Translations under genes and position numbers: made by a program
Notes under the pieces: generated by a model
The model's input: the letters and a program-made list of their open reading frames with translations, nothing else
What the model was told of the DNA's origin: nothing
The model's database searches: none
From: Puniceicoccaceae bacterium
Lineage (GTDB): Bacteria > Verrucomicrobiota > Verrucomicrobiia > Opitutales > Oceanipulchritudinaceae
Length of the DNA stretch: 64,000 bases
Direction of reading: 5' to 3'
Assembly: GCA_040830765.1 (NCBI GenBank)
Contig: JBFOMH010000003.1
Span: 32,001-96,000 of the forward strand
Part shown: one piece after another, positions 30,461 to 41,186 of the stretch
Layout of the letters: the number at the start of each line of letters is the position of its first letter
Numbering within the stretch: position 1 is the stretch's first letter

Positions 30461-30855
30461 CCGGTTGGCGGTAAGCCGGATTCTGTTCCCCTACCGAAGC
30501 AGGAGTGGCTCCCATTTGTCTATCCCACCGAAGCGGAATCCCCCGCTTCGTGCCAAGGCACTACGCGGAGGTGCGACTTACCCGGGACCGATGGACGGGC
30601 CGCCCGATCCCCTATTTAGTCTTGCACCAGATTGGGTTTTCCGTGCCCCTTCGGTTACCCTCCGGGCGGTGAGCTCTTACCTCACCTTTTCACCCTTACC
30701 CCAAGACGAGCTCGGGGCGGTATGTTTTCTGTGGCACTGTCCGTCACGCCGGCCTCACGCCCGGCGTGCCCCCGTTTTCACGGGGAATCTTGCCCTGTGG
30801 TGTCCGGACTTTCCTCTACCACCCCGAAAGATGACAGCGGGAGCCCGCCAACCGG
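30461..30855 (-). ncRNA. rnpB: RNase P RNA (class A)
   Basis: Minus strand contains GAGGAAAGUCCGG, GUGCCACAGAAA, GUGCAAG and the 3' ACAGAAUCCGGCUUA. The ends CCGGUUGGCGG/CCGCCAACCGG pair as P1. Confidence 0.95.
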
Positions 30856-30898
30856 TTAATGGACCAGCCTGCTCAATTCCCACCCCATGGCAACTCCC

Positions 30899-31026
30899 AA
30901 TCTTAATCTCAATCTTAGCCTTAATCTTAATCTTAGTCTTAATCTAATTCCACCGCAGAACCTTTTTCGCCCGTACCCTGATCCGCCGCAAGGAGGGGGA
31001 TTAAGATTAAGATTGAGATTAAGATT
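30899..31026. repeat. Inverted pair of AATCTT/AAGATT hexamer tandem arrays (MITE/REP-like, 128 bp)
   Basis: About 8 AATCTT-type units at 30899-30945 and about 5 GATTAA-type units at 30999-31027. The outer 19 bp are perfect inverted repeats. Confidence 0.85.
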
Positions 31027-31735
31027 ACCTGTCGAAGTAAAGGATGCGGCCGCAGCTGTCGCAGCGGATGAGTTCCTTCCCCTTGCGCGCTTCGGATTCG
31101 ACCTCCCCGGAAACCTTGAGATGGCAGCCAAGGCAACGGCCATCGTCCATCTGAACCACGACCGGCGGGCGCTTAATCTGGCTCTTGACGTACTTGTACT
31201 GCTGCAGCACGCCTGCCTCAATCTCCGCCTCACAGGAAGAAACGGCATTCCGGGCATCCTCCAGTTCAGAGGCAAAGGAATCAAAATTCTGCCTCAACAG
31301 GGCAATGTGCGCCTCCAGGGTCTTTTGCTGTTGCCCGATGTCTTCCCGCGCATGGGATAATTCGACTGTCTTGGCATCAATGGCCTCGAGGACTTCCAGT
31401 TCGGTATCCTCGAGGTCGGAAATCTTGCCCTGCAGGGCCTTGATCTCGTTTTCCAGGGCGGTGTATTCCTCGTTTTTTTTGACCTGCATCTGCTGGGTCT
31501 TGTACTTGACGATGGCCGCCTCGGTCTGCTCCACCTCGCCCTCGAGGTCGAGTCGCCTGACTTCGAGATCGCGGGCTTCGGTTTCCAGGGTGGCAAGCGT
31601 TTCCTGCAGTTTCTTGATGTTGGCCTCCTCGGCCGAAATCTCGCCCGGAATGGCATCCAACTGGCGTTGAATCCCGTCGCAGCGGGAATCACGGTCCTGG
31701 AGAATCAAGAGCTTCTGCAACCATTCAGCCACCAT
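31025..31735 (-). CDS. Coiled-coil protein with C4 zinc ribbon (CT398/HP0958-like)
   Basis: LLILQDRD N-terminus, long heptad coiled coil, CLGCH...CDSCGRILY. Confidence 0.9.
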   Translation of the reverse strand: MVAEWLQKLLILQDRDSRCDGIQRQLDAIPGEISAEEANIKKLQETLATLETEARDLEVRRLDLEGEVEQTEAAIVKYKTQQMQVKKNEEYTALENEIKALQGKISDLEDTELEVLEAIDAKTVELSHAREDIGQQQKTLEAHIALLRQNFDSFASELEDARNAVSSCEAEIEAGVLQQYKYVKSQIKRPPVVVQMDDGRCLGCHLKVSGEVESEARKGKELIRCDSCGRILYFDR

Positions 31736-31844
31736 ATGCTGGCAATGGATGCCTGCCTCGACAAAAATGGCAAACGCAAAACCCCGCCAAAGGGAGGCTT
31801 TTTTGCCGTTGCCGCTTGGGGAGGCGGTTATCCATGATGCGGGA

Positions 31845-33878
31845 ATGATTGGGTTGAACGATGCCTTTATCGAGGGTTCGGTGGACAAACCATCCGCCCG
31901 CGAACTGGTGGAGGCCATCTTTAACAGGGAAGGATTCCTTGAGCACAACCTGCAACTGGACCATCGGCCCCAGCAGGCCGCAATGGCTATCCACACCATC
32001 GAGGCCTGGGAAAAGGACGACGCCCTATTCTTTGAAGCCGGCACCGGAGTGGGCAAAAGCCTGGCTTACCTGGTTCCAGGGATCCTGCACGCCATGACCA
32101 GTGCCCGGCCACTGGTTGTTTCCACCCACACCATTGCCCTCCAGGAGCAGATTGAAAAGAAAGACCTTCCGCTCTGCCGCAAGCTCTTTACTACCGATTC
32201 CTCCCTGCAGCCCTTCTCCGCATTTCGTGAAGCTGTCCTCCTCGGCCGGGCCAATTACCTCTGCGGGGCACGCCTGGCCCAGGCCCAGAAAGCAAAGACC
32301 GAACTTTTCCCCAGCGCTGAACAAGAGGAACTGTCCCGTATTGCGGATTGGGCCAAAACCTCGGAAAGCGGCCTCCTGCAGGAACTGGACCCGCAACCGT
32401 TGCCGGAAGTCTGGGACTGGGTCCAGGCCGATGGTCATGCCTGCAATCCCCGGAATTGTTCGCCGAAGACCTGCTTTTTCAGGAAGGCCCGCGAAGCCGT
32501 GCGGCAGGCCAATGTGATCATTGTCAATCACAGCCTCCTTTTCTCCCTACTGGCCGCTGGCCACTTTCCGGGAAGGAACGTGCCGGGCATTCTTTTCCCG
32601 GAAGACTTCATGGTCATCGACGAGGCTCACACCCTTCCAGCGGTGGCAACGGAGTACTTCGGGCTCAAGCTGAGTGCAGTTGGCCTCCGGCGCCAGCTCC
32701 TCAAGCTCTATCAGCCCCAGAAGAAAAAAGCCCGCGGGCTTCTGGCCCGGCATGGCAATCCCGGACTGCGCAGCCAGGTCATGGAATTGACCAGCGGGGC
32801 GGAGAACTTCTTCAAGGCCATCCACGAGGAATTCCTGACCAAGGGTAGCCAGATGCGCCTGCAACAACCGGGCTGGTTTGACAATGCCCTCGACATGCCG
32901 CTGCGGGACCTCATCCACGGCCTTCACAAGTTGGAGAATCGCCTTGAGGAAGGTCCGGGCAGGGATGAACTGGAGGGCGTCCGCCGATCCCTGCAAGGTT
33001 ATCGGGAAGGTATTAATGAGACCATCCAGCTTAGCGATCCGGAGTCTGTCTACTGGCTCGAGGCTGGTGGCCGCGGGGGAGACCGTGTCCATCTGCGCTC
33101 AGCCCCCCTGGAAGTATCCGGTCCCCTGCGGGAACGCCTCTTCAACAGGAACACCGGCCTGCTCCTGACCAGTGCCACGCTGGCCGAGGGCGTGTCCATG
33201 GATTCCTTCAAGGCCAAGGTCGGTGGAGTGGATGCCGCCTCGCACCAGGAGGCCTCCCCATTCGATTATTCGATCCAAATGGAGATTTGCATTCATCAGG
33301 GAGCCCCCACGCCCTCTGCAGAAGATGGAAGTCTCGATGTCAACTTTCTCGCCGACCAGATCAGACAGCATAGCCTTGAACTGGAGGGCGGGACGCTGGC
33401 CCTCTTTACCAGCTACCGCGACCTCAATGCGGTTCGCCAAAGACTGGAACCGGCCTGCCGGAAAGCCGGGAGGCCACTCCTGTGCCAGGGTGCCGGCATG
33501 GGCCGTTCCCGACTCCTCAAGGAAATGAAGGAGACCGGTAATGCCATCCTGCTTGGAACAGACTCCTTCTGGACCGGAGTGGATGTTCCGGGGAGCGCCC
33601 TCTCGCAGGTCATTATCACCCGCTTGCCATTCGAAAATCCAACCCACCCCGTCGCGGAGGCCCGCGCAGAGCGCTGCCGCCAGAATGGACAAAGCCCATT
33701 TGCCGAATTGACGCTCCCCGCTGCCCTGATCAAGTTCCGCCAAGGCATTGGCCGGCTCATCCGCAGCCACTTCGATGAGGGACGCTTGCTGATTCTCGAT
33801 TCCCGCATTCTCAGCAAGCAATATGGCCGTCTCTTCCTGGAAGTCCTGCCACACGACCAATTCAGGAAAATATCCTGA
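31845..33878 (+). CDS. DinG/YoaA family ATP-dependent helicase
   Basis: EAGTGVGKS, NYLC plus Cys cluster, DEAH, TSAT, LFTSY, FWTGVD and QGIGRLIR motifs. Confidence 0.93.
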   Translation: MIGLNDAFIEGSVDKPSARELVEAIFNREGFLEHNLQLDHRPQQAAMAIHTIEAWEKDDALFFEAGTGVGKSLAYLVPGILHAMTSARPLVVSTHTIALQEQIEKKDLPLCRKLFTTDSSLQPFSAFREAVLLGRANYLCGARLAQAQKAKTELFPSAEQEELSRIADWAKTSESGLLQELDPQPLPEVWDWVQADGHACNPRNCSPKTCFFRKAREAVRQANVIIVNHSLLFSLLAAGHFPGRNVPGILFPEDFMVIDEAHTLPAVATEYFGLKLSAVGLRRQLLKLYQPQKKKARGLLARHGNPGLRSQVMELTSGAENFFKAIHEEFLTKGSQMRLQQPGWFDNALDMPLRDLIHGLHKLENRLEEGPGRDELEGVRRSLQGYREGINETIQLSDPESVYWLEAGGRGGDRVHLRSAPLEVSGPLRERLFNRNTGLLLTSATLAEGVSMDSFKAKVGGVDAASHQEASPFDYSIQMEICIHQGAPTPSAEDGSLDVNFLADQIRQHSLELEGGTLALFTSYRDLNAVRQRLEPACRKAGRPLLCQGAGMGRSRLLKEMKETGNAILLGTDSFWTGVDVPGSALSQVIITRLPFENPTHPVAEARAERCRQNGQSPFAELTLPAALIKFRQGIGRLIRSHFDEGRLLILDSRILSKQYGRLFLEVLPHDQFRKIS

Positions 33879-33940
33879 TATTGACCTCCCCATCGTCCTT
33901 TACGGGTTGCAACCAACGATTGTCAGGATAGGATGGAGTC

Positions 33941-34645
33941 ATGATTAAGGCCTCATTCGGCTTATCGGAAACCGGGTCCGTCCGGAACGAAAACCAGGAT
34001 AGTTTTCTGCTCGATGTGGAGAATGGCATTGTCGCCGTGGCCGATGGACTGGGCGGATTGCCTAACGGGGAACGGGCCAGCAGCCTGACCCTGGAGATTC
34101 TCCGGCGCAAAATCCTCGAAAGCCCCAACCATCCTCTTGGGGAATTGATAACCGAAGTGAACCAGGAAGTCCGCAAAATCGGGTATGATCTCGATGCTTC
34201 GGGCTTTGGCACCACCTTGACCATGGCCCGCTTCCGACCGGACCGCAACATGCTCCAAATTGCCCACGTTGGTGACTCGGCAGCCCTTGTCGTCAGCGGG
34301 GGCAAGGTGAACATGCTGACGATGGAGCACACGGTCGCTGCGCGCATGGTGGCTGAACAGTGGCAGGACGCCTCCGAGGCCATTCCCCTGACGGCACACC
34401 ACACCCTGACCCAGTGCATTGGACAGGACCTGTACATTGATCCACAAGTCCTCGAGGTGGATGTCCATCCAAGGGACCGGTTCTTCCTGGTCACCGACGG
34501 GGTAACCAAGGCCATTGCCGGAGGAACCCTCAACCAGAGCCTGATGGCGAAAACTTCCATCGGCCAGCTCTGCCAAGGCCTGACTTTCCAGATCGAAGCT
34601 GCTGGCTCGCCCGACAACTACACAATTGTCGGGATCGAATTCTGA
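33941..34645 (+). CDS. PP2C-family Ser/Thr protein phosphatase
   Basis: RNENQD, VADGLGG, HVGDS, TDG and DN motifs. Confidence 0.93.
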   Translation: MIKASFGLSETGSVRNENQDSFLLDVENGIVAVADGLGGLPNGERASSLTLEILRRKILESPNHPLGELITEVNQEVRKIGYDLDASGFGTTLTMARFRPDRNMLQIAHVGDSAALVVSGGKVNMLTMEHTVAARMVAEQWQDASEAIPLTAHHTLTQCIGQDLYIDPQVLEVDVHPRDRFFLVTDGVTKAIAGGTLNQSLMAKTSIGQLCQGLTFQIEAAGSPDNYTIVGIEF

Positions 34646-34649
34646 GGGC

Positions 34650-37130
34650 TCAGAAAGAGTCGTTACCGTCTTCCAAGGCAATCAACTCCTCGAGGCTATC
34701 GAACTGCTTGAAGATATCTGTCGGCGCATCAAGGTCGCTGAGTAGGTCCTCAAACAGCCGTCCCTTGTCCTTTTTCAAGCGCTCAATACGTTCCTCAATA
34801 GTTCCCTTGGTAACCATCCGGTAGACAATCACCCTCTGGCGTTGCCCGATGCGGTGAACGCGATCAATGGCCTGGGCTTCAACCGCCGGATTCCACCATG
34901 GGTCCAGCAGGAAAACATAATCCGCCATCTGCAGGTTCAATCCGGTACCGCCGGCCCGCAGGCTGATGAAGAAAACGGCAGGTCCCTTCGTTTCCTTGAA
35001 TCGCTGCACAGGACGGTCCCGATCGAGGGTCGAACCCGTCAACTCCATCTGGGGGATTCCTGGATATTCATTTCGGACAACGGTCCGGGCCCGCCGCAGC
35101 AACTGGACAAACTGACTGAAGACAACCACCTTGGAACCGCCATCGAAGGCTTCACCCAGACGCTTGACCAGGCTGAGCAGCTTTCCGCTGTGCTCCGGTG
35201 CATAATCCTGATCCGGCAATAGGCCCGGATCACAGCAGGCCTGGCGGAGACGGGTCAACAAGCTGAAGAGGTGAATCCGTTTTTCCCGCAGCATTTCGGC
35301 AAAAGCGCCCTTGAATTCGCTGGAAGCCCCTCTGGTCAGCTCCTCGTAGCTTCGGCGCTGGACAGGTGACAGAGGACAAATCCAGTCGATTTCGACTTTC
35401 TCTGGAAGGTCGCTGGCCACCGCATTCTTGGTCCGCCTTAAAATAAAGGGAGCGATCTGTCCGCGCAATTGCTCGATGAATCCACCATTCTCCTTGACCT
35501 GATCCTCAAAGTGCCGGCGCGTTCCCAAGAAACCGGGCATGAGGAAGCGGAACAAGGTCCACAGGTCGAGGGGCCGGTTTTCCAAGGGCGTCCCGGTCAG
35601 GGCAATCCGGTGCCGGGCCTGGATGGCGAAGCAGGCATGCGTTACCTTGGCGTCCGGATTCTTGATACTTTGGGCCTCATCGAGGATGGTGTATTCAAAG
35701 TGGACGGAATCGAGCAGGTGCTTATGCCGGCGCAGCTGGGTGTAGCTGCTCAGCCAGAGGGATGTATCCCCTTCGACAAAAGGTTGGTTCCGGGACAGGA
35801 CCTTGACCGGCGTACCCGGGAAAAAACGGTCCAGTTCAGCCTGCCAGACCGGGACCACACTGGCTGGACAAACAACCAGGACAGGAGCTTTCCCGAGGGC
35901 TTCCCGGACGGAGAGGAAGTTGAGGACCTGGAGGGTCTTGCCCAATCCCATTTCATCCGCCAGCAGGCCCGGACAACCGGATAATTCCAATTTGCTCAGC
36001 CAGGCAATGCCATCGCGCTGGTACCCCCTGAGGTAATCGGGCAGTTGCAAATCTGCGGTGGCTTCGGCCGCGGCCTCCAGTTGCTGCTGCCAGTCTTGCA
36101 GTTCAGTAGAGACCTTGAGCTGCACATTGGGATCGCGGGCAAAGGTGAAAAGGAGATAGCGGGGTAATACCCCTTCACCGACCGAAGGCAGAAGCGATTT
36201 CCACTCATGGACACTCCCCATGGCCTTTTCATCGACCCGGAAAATGCCCTTACCGGGGACAAAGTGGGTATGTCCGGGCATCCGGAAGAGGCGCTCCCGG
36301 AGTTCGTCCGGCACGATCGATCCCCGGTTTGTGAAGTCAAAGCGGAAGCGGCCCTGGGCTCCGTCAGCCTCGACCTCAATCAACGGCCGCACTTCCTGCA
36401 CCCCGCGACGCCAGAATTTCACGCCCGCGTCCTCCTGGATTGAATAATGCTGCCTCCAGACCTTCAGCTCATCCTTGAAAAAGCGGCCGATAACCGACTC
36501 ATCCTGAAGCCGGTAGGTCCCTTCCCGATTCCCCGGGCGGAATCCCGACCGGTGGGCCCGGGCAGTGTAGCCGATCAGCTGCTCCCGTTCCCAGAGAGTC
36601 AATTCACGCAGGGAAAAGTGAGACCAGTCCGTTTTGCCCCCGCTCTTCCATCCGGCTTCCAGCCACAGTCCGTCCGCCTTGGCCACCAAGCGGACCCTCA
36701 AGGGCCGGCCGGTCCGATCCATCCCCTGGTGGACAGGGACTTCCGGCACCTCTTCCAGCAGTTCCGGCTTGGTGCCGTTGCTTTCTTCAATGACCGGTGG
36801 AAGCTCGTCGGCGATGAACTCTTCCAACTCATACATGCCGGCCACCGCCAGGGCATGCCCGGGAGCCACCTCCGGGTGGGATTCCCGGAAACTGGGCTGG
36901 TCCTTTTCCCAGTCCACGATAACATAGAGCGGTTCCTTGCCGCGCTTGAAATGGACAATGGCACTGCCCTCCAGCAGTTCGGTGGAGCGCACTTCCCCGG
37001 TTCGATAATACTCCCGGCCCCAGCTGAGTTCCTCATGGGAAAAGTACTGTTCCCAGTCCCTCGTCAGGCGATCAAACCACAACTCAATGGTGCGCGAGGT
37101 ATAGGAACGTTGGGGACTGCGGTGCATCAT
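34650..37130 (-). CDS. SNF2-family helicase
   Basis: LADEMGLGKT, DEAQSIKN, TGTPLEN, SLRAGGTGLNL and QAIDRVHRIGQ motifs. Confidence 0.94.
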   Translation of the reverse strand: MMHRSPQRSYTSRTIELWFDRLTRDWEQYFSHEELSWGREYYRTGEVRSTELLEGSAIVHFKRGKEPLYVIVDWEKDQPSFRESHPEVAPGHALAVAGMYELEEFIADELPPVIEESNGTKPELLEEVPEVPVHQGMDRTGRPLRVRLVAKADGLWLEAGWKSGGKTDWSHFSLRELTLWEREQLIGYTARAHRSGFRPGNREGTYRLQDESVIGRFFKDELKVWRQHYSIQEDAGVKFWRRGVQEVRPLIEVEADGAQGRFRFDFTNRGSIVPDELRERLFRMPGHTHFVPGKGIFRVDEKAMGSVHEWKSLLPSVGEGVLPRYLLFTFARDPNVQLKVSTELQDWQQQLEAAAEATADLQLPDYLRGYQRDGIAWLSKLELSGCPGLLADEMGLGKTLQVLNFLSVREALGKAPVLVVCPASVVPVWQAELDRFFPGTPVKVLSRNQPFVEGDTSLWLSSYTQLRRHKHLLDSVHFEYTILDEAQSIKNPDAKVTHACFAIQARHRIALTGTPLENRPLDLWTLFRFLMPGFLGTRRHFEDQVKENGGFIEQLRGQIAPFILRRTKNAVASDLPEKVEIDWICPLSPVQRRSYEELTRGASSEFKGAFAEMLREKRIHLFSLLTRLRQACCDPGLLPDQDYAPEHSGKLLSLVKRLGEAFDGGSKVVVFSQFVQLLRRARTVVRNEYPGIPQMELTGSTLDRDRPVQRFKETKGPAVFFISLRAGGTGLNLQMADYVFLLDPWWNPAVEAQAIDRVHRIGQRQRVIVYRMVTKGTIEERIERLKKDKGRLFEDLLSDLDAPTDIFKQFDSLEELIALEDGNDSF

Positions 37131-37276
37131 TCGAATATAGACAAACCTCCATTTACTAAGGTCCTACCAGCCGGTTCAAGCCAGATCGCCCAAAAAATCC
37201 ACTCAATGCCTGAAAAGCCCCAATTTAGCCGCCTCCACCCTTGCTCTCACTAATTCCTTGGGCAAAATCATCGATC

Positions 37277-37717
37277 ATGGATCTTCCCGCCCCGCCACTG
37301 GTCATTGAGCGTCGAGTGCCTTTTTCACAGACGGATGCCTCCGGGCTCATTCATTTCACCACCTATTTCACCTTCATGGAGGCCGCCGAGGCCGAATTGT
37401 TCCGCCTTCTGGGGATCCCCTTGCTTCAGGAAACCGACGACTGCACGCGCGGATTTCCGCGTGTGGATTGCCAATGCCAATTCAAGCGACCGGTCGGTTT
37501 TGATGATCTCATCCACATCAAGCTTTACCTCGATGAGGTGCGGGAGAACCGGATTCATTACCGCTTTGTATTCACCGGTCCGAATGGCAGAACCTGTGCC
37601 GAAGGCAGCATGGTAACGGCCTATGCCATGCGGGATGCTTCCGGACGCCTGCAGTCGGCCAATATGCCCGAAGAAACCCTGTCCCTGTTAAAGACTTGGA
37701 AAAACAGGACTTCCTGA
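37277..37717 (+). CDS. Acyl-CoA thioesterase (4HBT/YbgC hot-dog fold)
   Basis: RVPFSQTDASGLIHF..Y..FME motif. Confidence 0.85.
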   Translation: MDLPAPPLVIERRVPFSQTDASGLIHFTTYFTFMEAAEAELFRLLGIPLLQETDDCTRGFPRVDCQCQFKRPVGFDDLIHIKLYLDEVRENRIHYRFVFTGPNGRTCAEGSMVTAYAMRDASGRLQSANMPEETLSLLKTWKNRTS

Positions 37718-37795
37718 AGCACGGACCTTGCAATTTCAGGTCACCTCCCCTAGCAAATCCCCAGTGGCGAATTAGTCCCCCTCGACTGAAAACAT

Positions 37796-38410
37796 ATGTC
37801 CCCGTCTATCAAGATCACCAAGGATGAAATAAACGCGCTTCCCCTCAGGTCCTACGAGGGCCCGGTGACTATCGTCGACAGTGATCAGAAGTTGAAGGAG
37901 GCGCTCAAGGCCATCCGCAGGGAGAAGGTCCTCGGCTTTGACACGGAATCCCGACCTTCCTTCAAGAAGGGACAAAACTTTCCCGCTTCCCTCATTCAAC
38001 TCGGTGGCGCAAAGCAAGTCTGGCTATTCCAGATCCAGAAGTTCGAGAACATGGAAAGCCTATGGAAAATCCTCGCCAACCGGGACATCATCAAGGCAGG
38101 GGTCGCTATCGCCGATGACATCAAGAAATTGCAGGAGTTGATCGACTTCAAACCGGCTGGATTTGTTGAAATTGCGGACCTGACCCAGAAAGCCGGCATC
38201 CTCAACACAGGATTGCGCAGCCTCGCCGGGCTGCTCTTGAATTTTCGCATTTCCAAGCGGGCACAGGTCTCGAACTGGGCCCGCAGCCAGTTGACCGAAG
38301 CCCAGGTGCAGTACGCCGCTACCGATGCCTGGGTAAGCCGTGAACTGTATTGCCACATGCAAAAAATGAAGAAACGGGCCCGTAAACCAGCGGCGCAAGC
38401 CAGGAAATAA
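37796..38410 (+). CDS. 3'-5' exonuclease (DEDDy, WRN/RNase D-like)
   Basis: GFDTE, SNW and QYAATDA motifs. Confidence 0.9.
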   Translation: MSPSIKITKDEINALPLRSYEGPVTIVDSDQKLKEALKAIRREKVLGFDTESRPSFKKGQNFPASLIQLGGAKQVWLFQIQKFENMESLWKILANRDIIKAGVAIADDIKKLQELIDFKPAGFVEIADLTQKAGILNTGLRSLAGLLLNFRISKRAQVSNWARSQLTEAQVQYAATDAWVSRELYCHMQKMKKRARKPAAQARK

Positions 38411-38421
38411 TCCCGGATGTC

Positions 38422-39277
<856 letters not shown>

Positions 39278-39300
<23 letters not shown>

Positions 39301-41119
39301 CGTAAATTTCGCGGCCCGGTCCCGGTGTCCCCGGCAACATCTGGAAGTCCTCCTCCGTCAGGTTGTTGCCCCGCAGGACAAGGTCCCAGCCTTCGGCGAC
39401 GGCATTCTCCCAGGCCGCTTCCACATGCAGCAAAAAGGCGGTGTCGTCGCTGGTCCGCAGCGTATTGCCTGGATGGTCACGATACTCGCCTTCCAGACGC
39501 AGAATGATGGCATCCCCGACCTGTTGTTCCACGGAGACCAGCAAGCGGTGGCGGGCGTAGTTCAAGGCGTAGAAGCTGGCATCTACCTCACTGTCACCGT
39601 AGTCCTCATCCTTGTCCAACCACGCATATCCAAATTCCAGTGCTGTTGCTCCAGCCTCCCAGCGAAGCCAGCCCTCGAGGCCAGTCACTTCGATATCGAC
39701 CGCAGCCGCCTGCCGGGCACTGGAGGATTCCTCCGCATAGACCCAGTCAACAAGGTTGCTGTCGTCACGATGGAAAAGAACCAGCTTGCCGCTAATGGCG
39801 TCCTTCTGGAAGGAAAGGCCGGCTTCCATTGTATCGGCAAATTCACGACCGAGTGTCGGGTCTCCCCGGAAAAGGCCCCCGCTGCTGCGGGAGTTGAGGA
39901 CCGTGTAACCCGGTACCTGGCTTGTTTCCGAATACTCCAGGTAAGCCTTCCAGCTTGTCCGGTCAGCAATGCCACTGGCGCTGATTCCCAGCTGCGGCAA
40001 CCCGACAGTCGAATCCTCACTGCTGGAATCCATGGCCATGCCACCATGAACCGACCAGTCGACCGCACCGGACTCCCAGGTCCGCCGGGCAAGAACCGCC
40101 GCCTTGCCGTAGTTGCGCTTGGAAAAGTCCCCATGGACAAGGCTGGTACTGCGAATGATCCTGTCCTCCATGACAACCCACCGGTAAAGGAGGTCCAGTT
40201 GCTCGAAGGCGATGGTCCCGTCACCCTGGAGGCTGTAGACTTCGGTCTTGTGTTCAAAAAACGCATTGGGCGAGGAGCGGCTGAACTCGTAATCATCATC
40301 CACTTCGCGCCAGTAACCGCCGATGCGATGGCGCGAGCCCTGTTCGGAAGCTGTACTTTCCCACTGCCAGCCCAGCAGATAGACTGAATAATCATCCGTC
40401 TCATTAAAGCTCGCCGGCGCAAAGGCGCCTCCGATGTACATTTCCGGCCAGCCATAGAACTTGTCCAGGTAGCCACCAAAGAGCCGCAGGGTTCCGCCCC
40501 CGAGGCCGAATTCCAGTCGCCCGCTGATGCGGGTCAGGTCAAAGTCCCCGAAGGGAATACTGCCATCCCCGGTCTCGCGGGTCACTGCCACTTCATAAAG
40601 GGCACTCCCAACGGTCCCGCCCTGACGCAGACCACCGCCGAAGTAACTGTCCGTTCCGATGCGCCCGTAGGCGCTTCCCGATTCCTCGATGGCCGCCCAT
40701 TGCCAGTCGATGCTGCCAGCTGTTGAATTGAATCCCTGAAGGCCGTTGCGCGTCCCTGTCAGCAGGTAAGCCCCGCCAAAGAAGGCCGGATCGAGTGGAA
40801 TCTCCGAGAAATAATGTCCGGTCTGGGGATCAAACAAGGCCAGTCCGCCCACCATCAGACCGGTTCCCTCGAATATCCCTCCGCGGATGGAAATGTCCGT
40901 CTGGTATCGATTCCCGCCCCGGGTCTGCAGATCCACCCGGACCTCCCGTGCCATGCGGTCGCTCAGCTGCACAGCCGGATCCCGCTGCTCCGCAAAGGAA
41001 CCAGCGAACACCGGGAAGGCCGACATCTCAATGACACTTGAAGACTCGTCCTGTCCCATCAAACAGCTGGCTCCAGCCACCAGAAACAGTCCTGCCCATC
41101 CGAATTTGATTTTGCACAT
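39278..41119 (-). CDS. TonB-dependent receptor (short)
   Basis: Plug motif DLQTRG..QTDISIRGG..DPQTGH, beta-strand pattern, NLT..PGPGR and C-terminal Trp. Confidence 0.85.
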
Positions 41120-41186
41120 GCCTTCTCTCCTGCGGAGTTCCGGCAAAAAATCAATTGTTAATTTAAGGAATTTTAGTACTTAACAA

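Noticed and set aside
30465..30947. ORFs spanning this region
   Set aside because: They overlap the RNase P RNA gene.
30899..31027. CRISPR array, or LNLNL/RLRLR-encoding ORFs
   Set aside because: The units are 6-bp tandem repeats without spacers and no cas genes are nearby. The ORFs are translation artefacts of the repeat.
31845..38410. DinG + PP2C + SNF2 + exonuclease as an anti-phage defence island
   Set aside because: Mixed orientations, housekeeping-like family members and no kinase, nuclease effector or cas partner.
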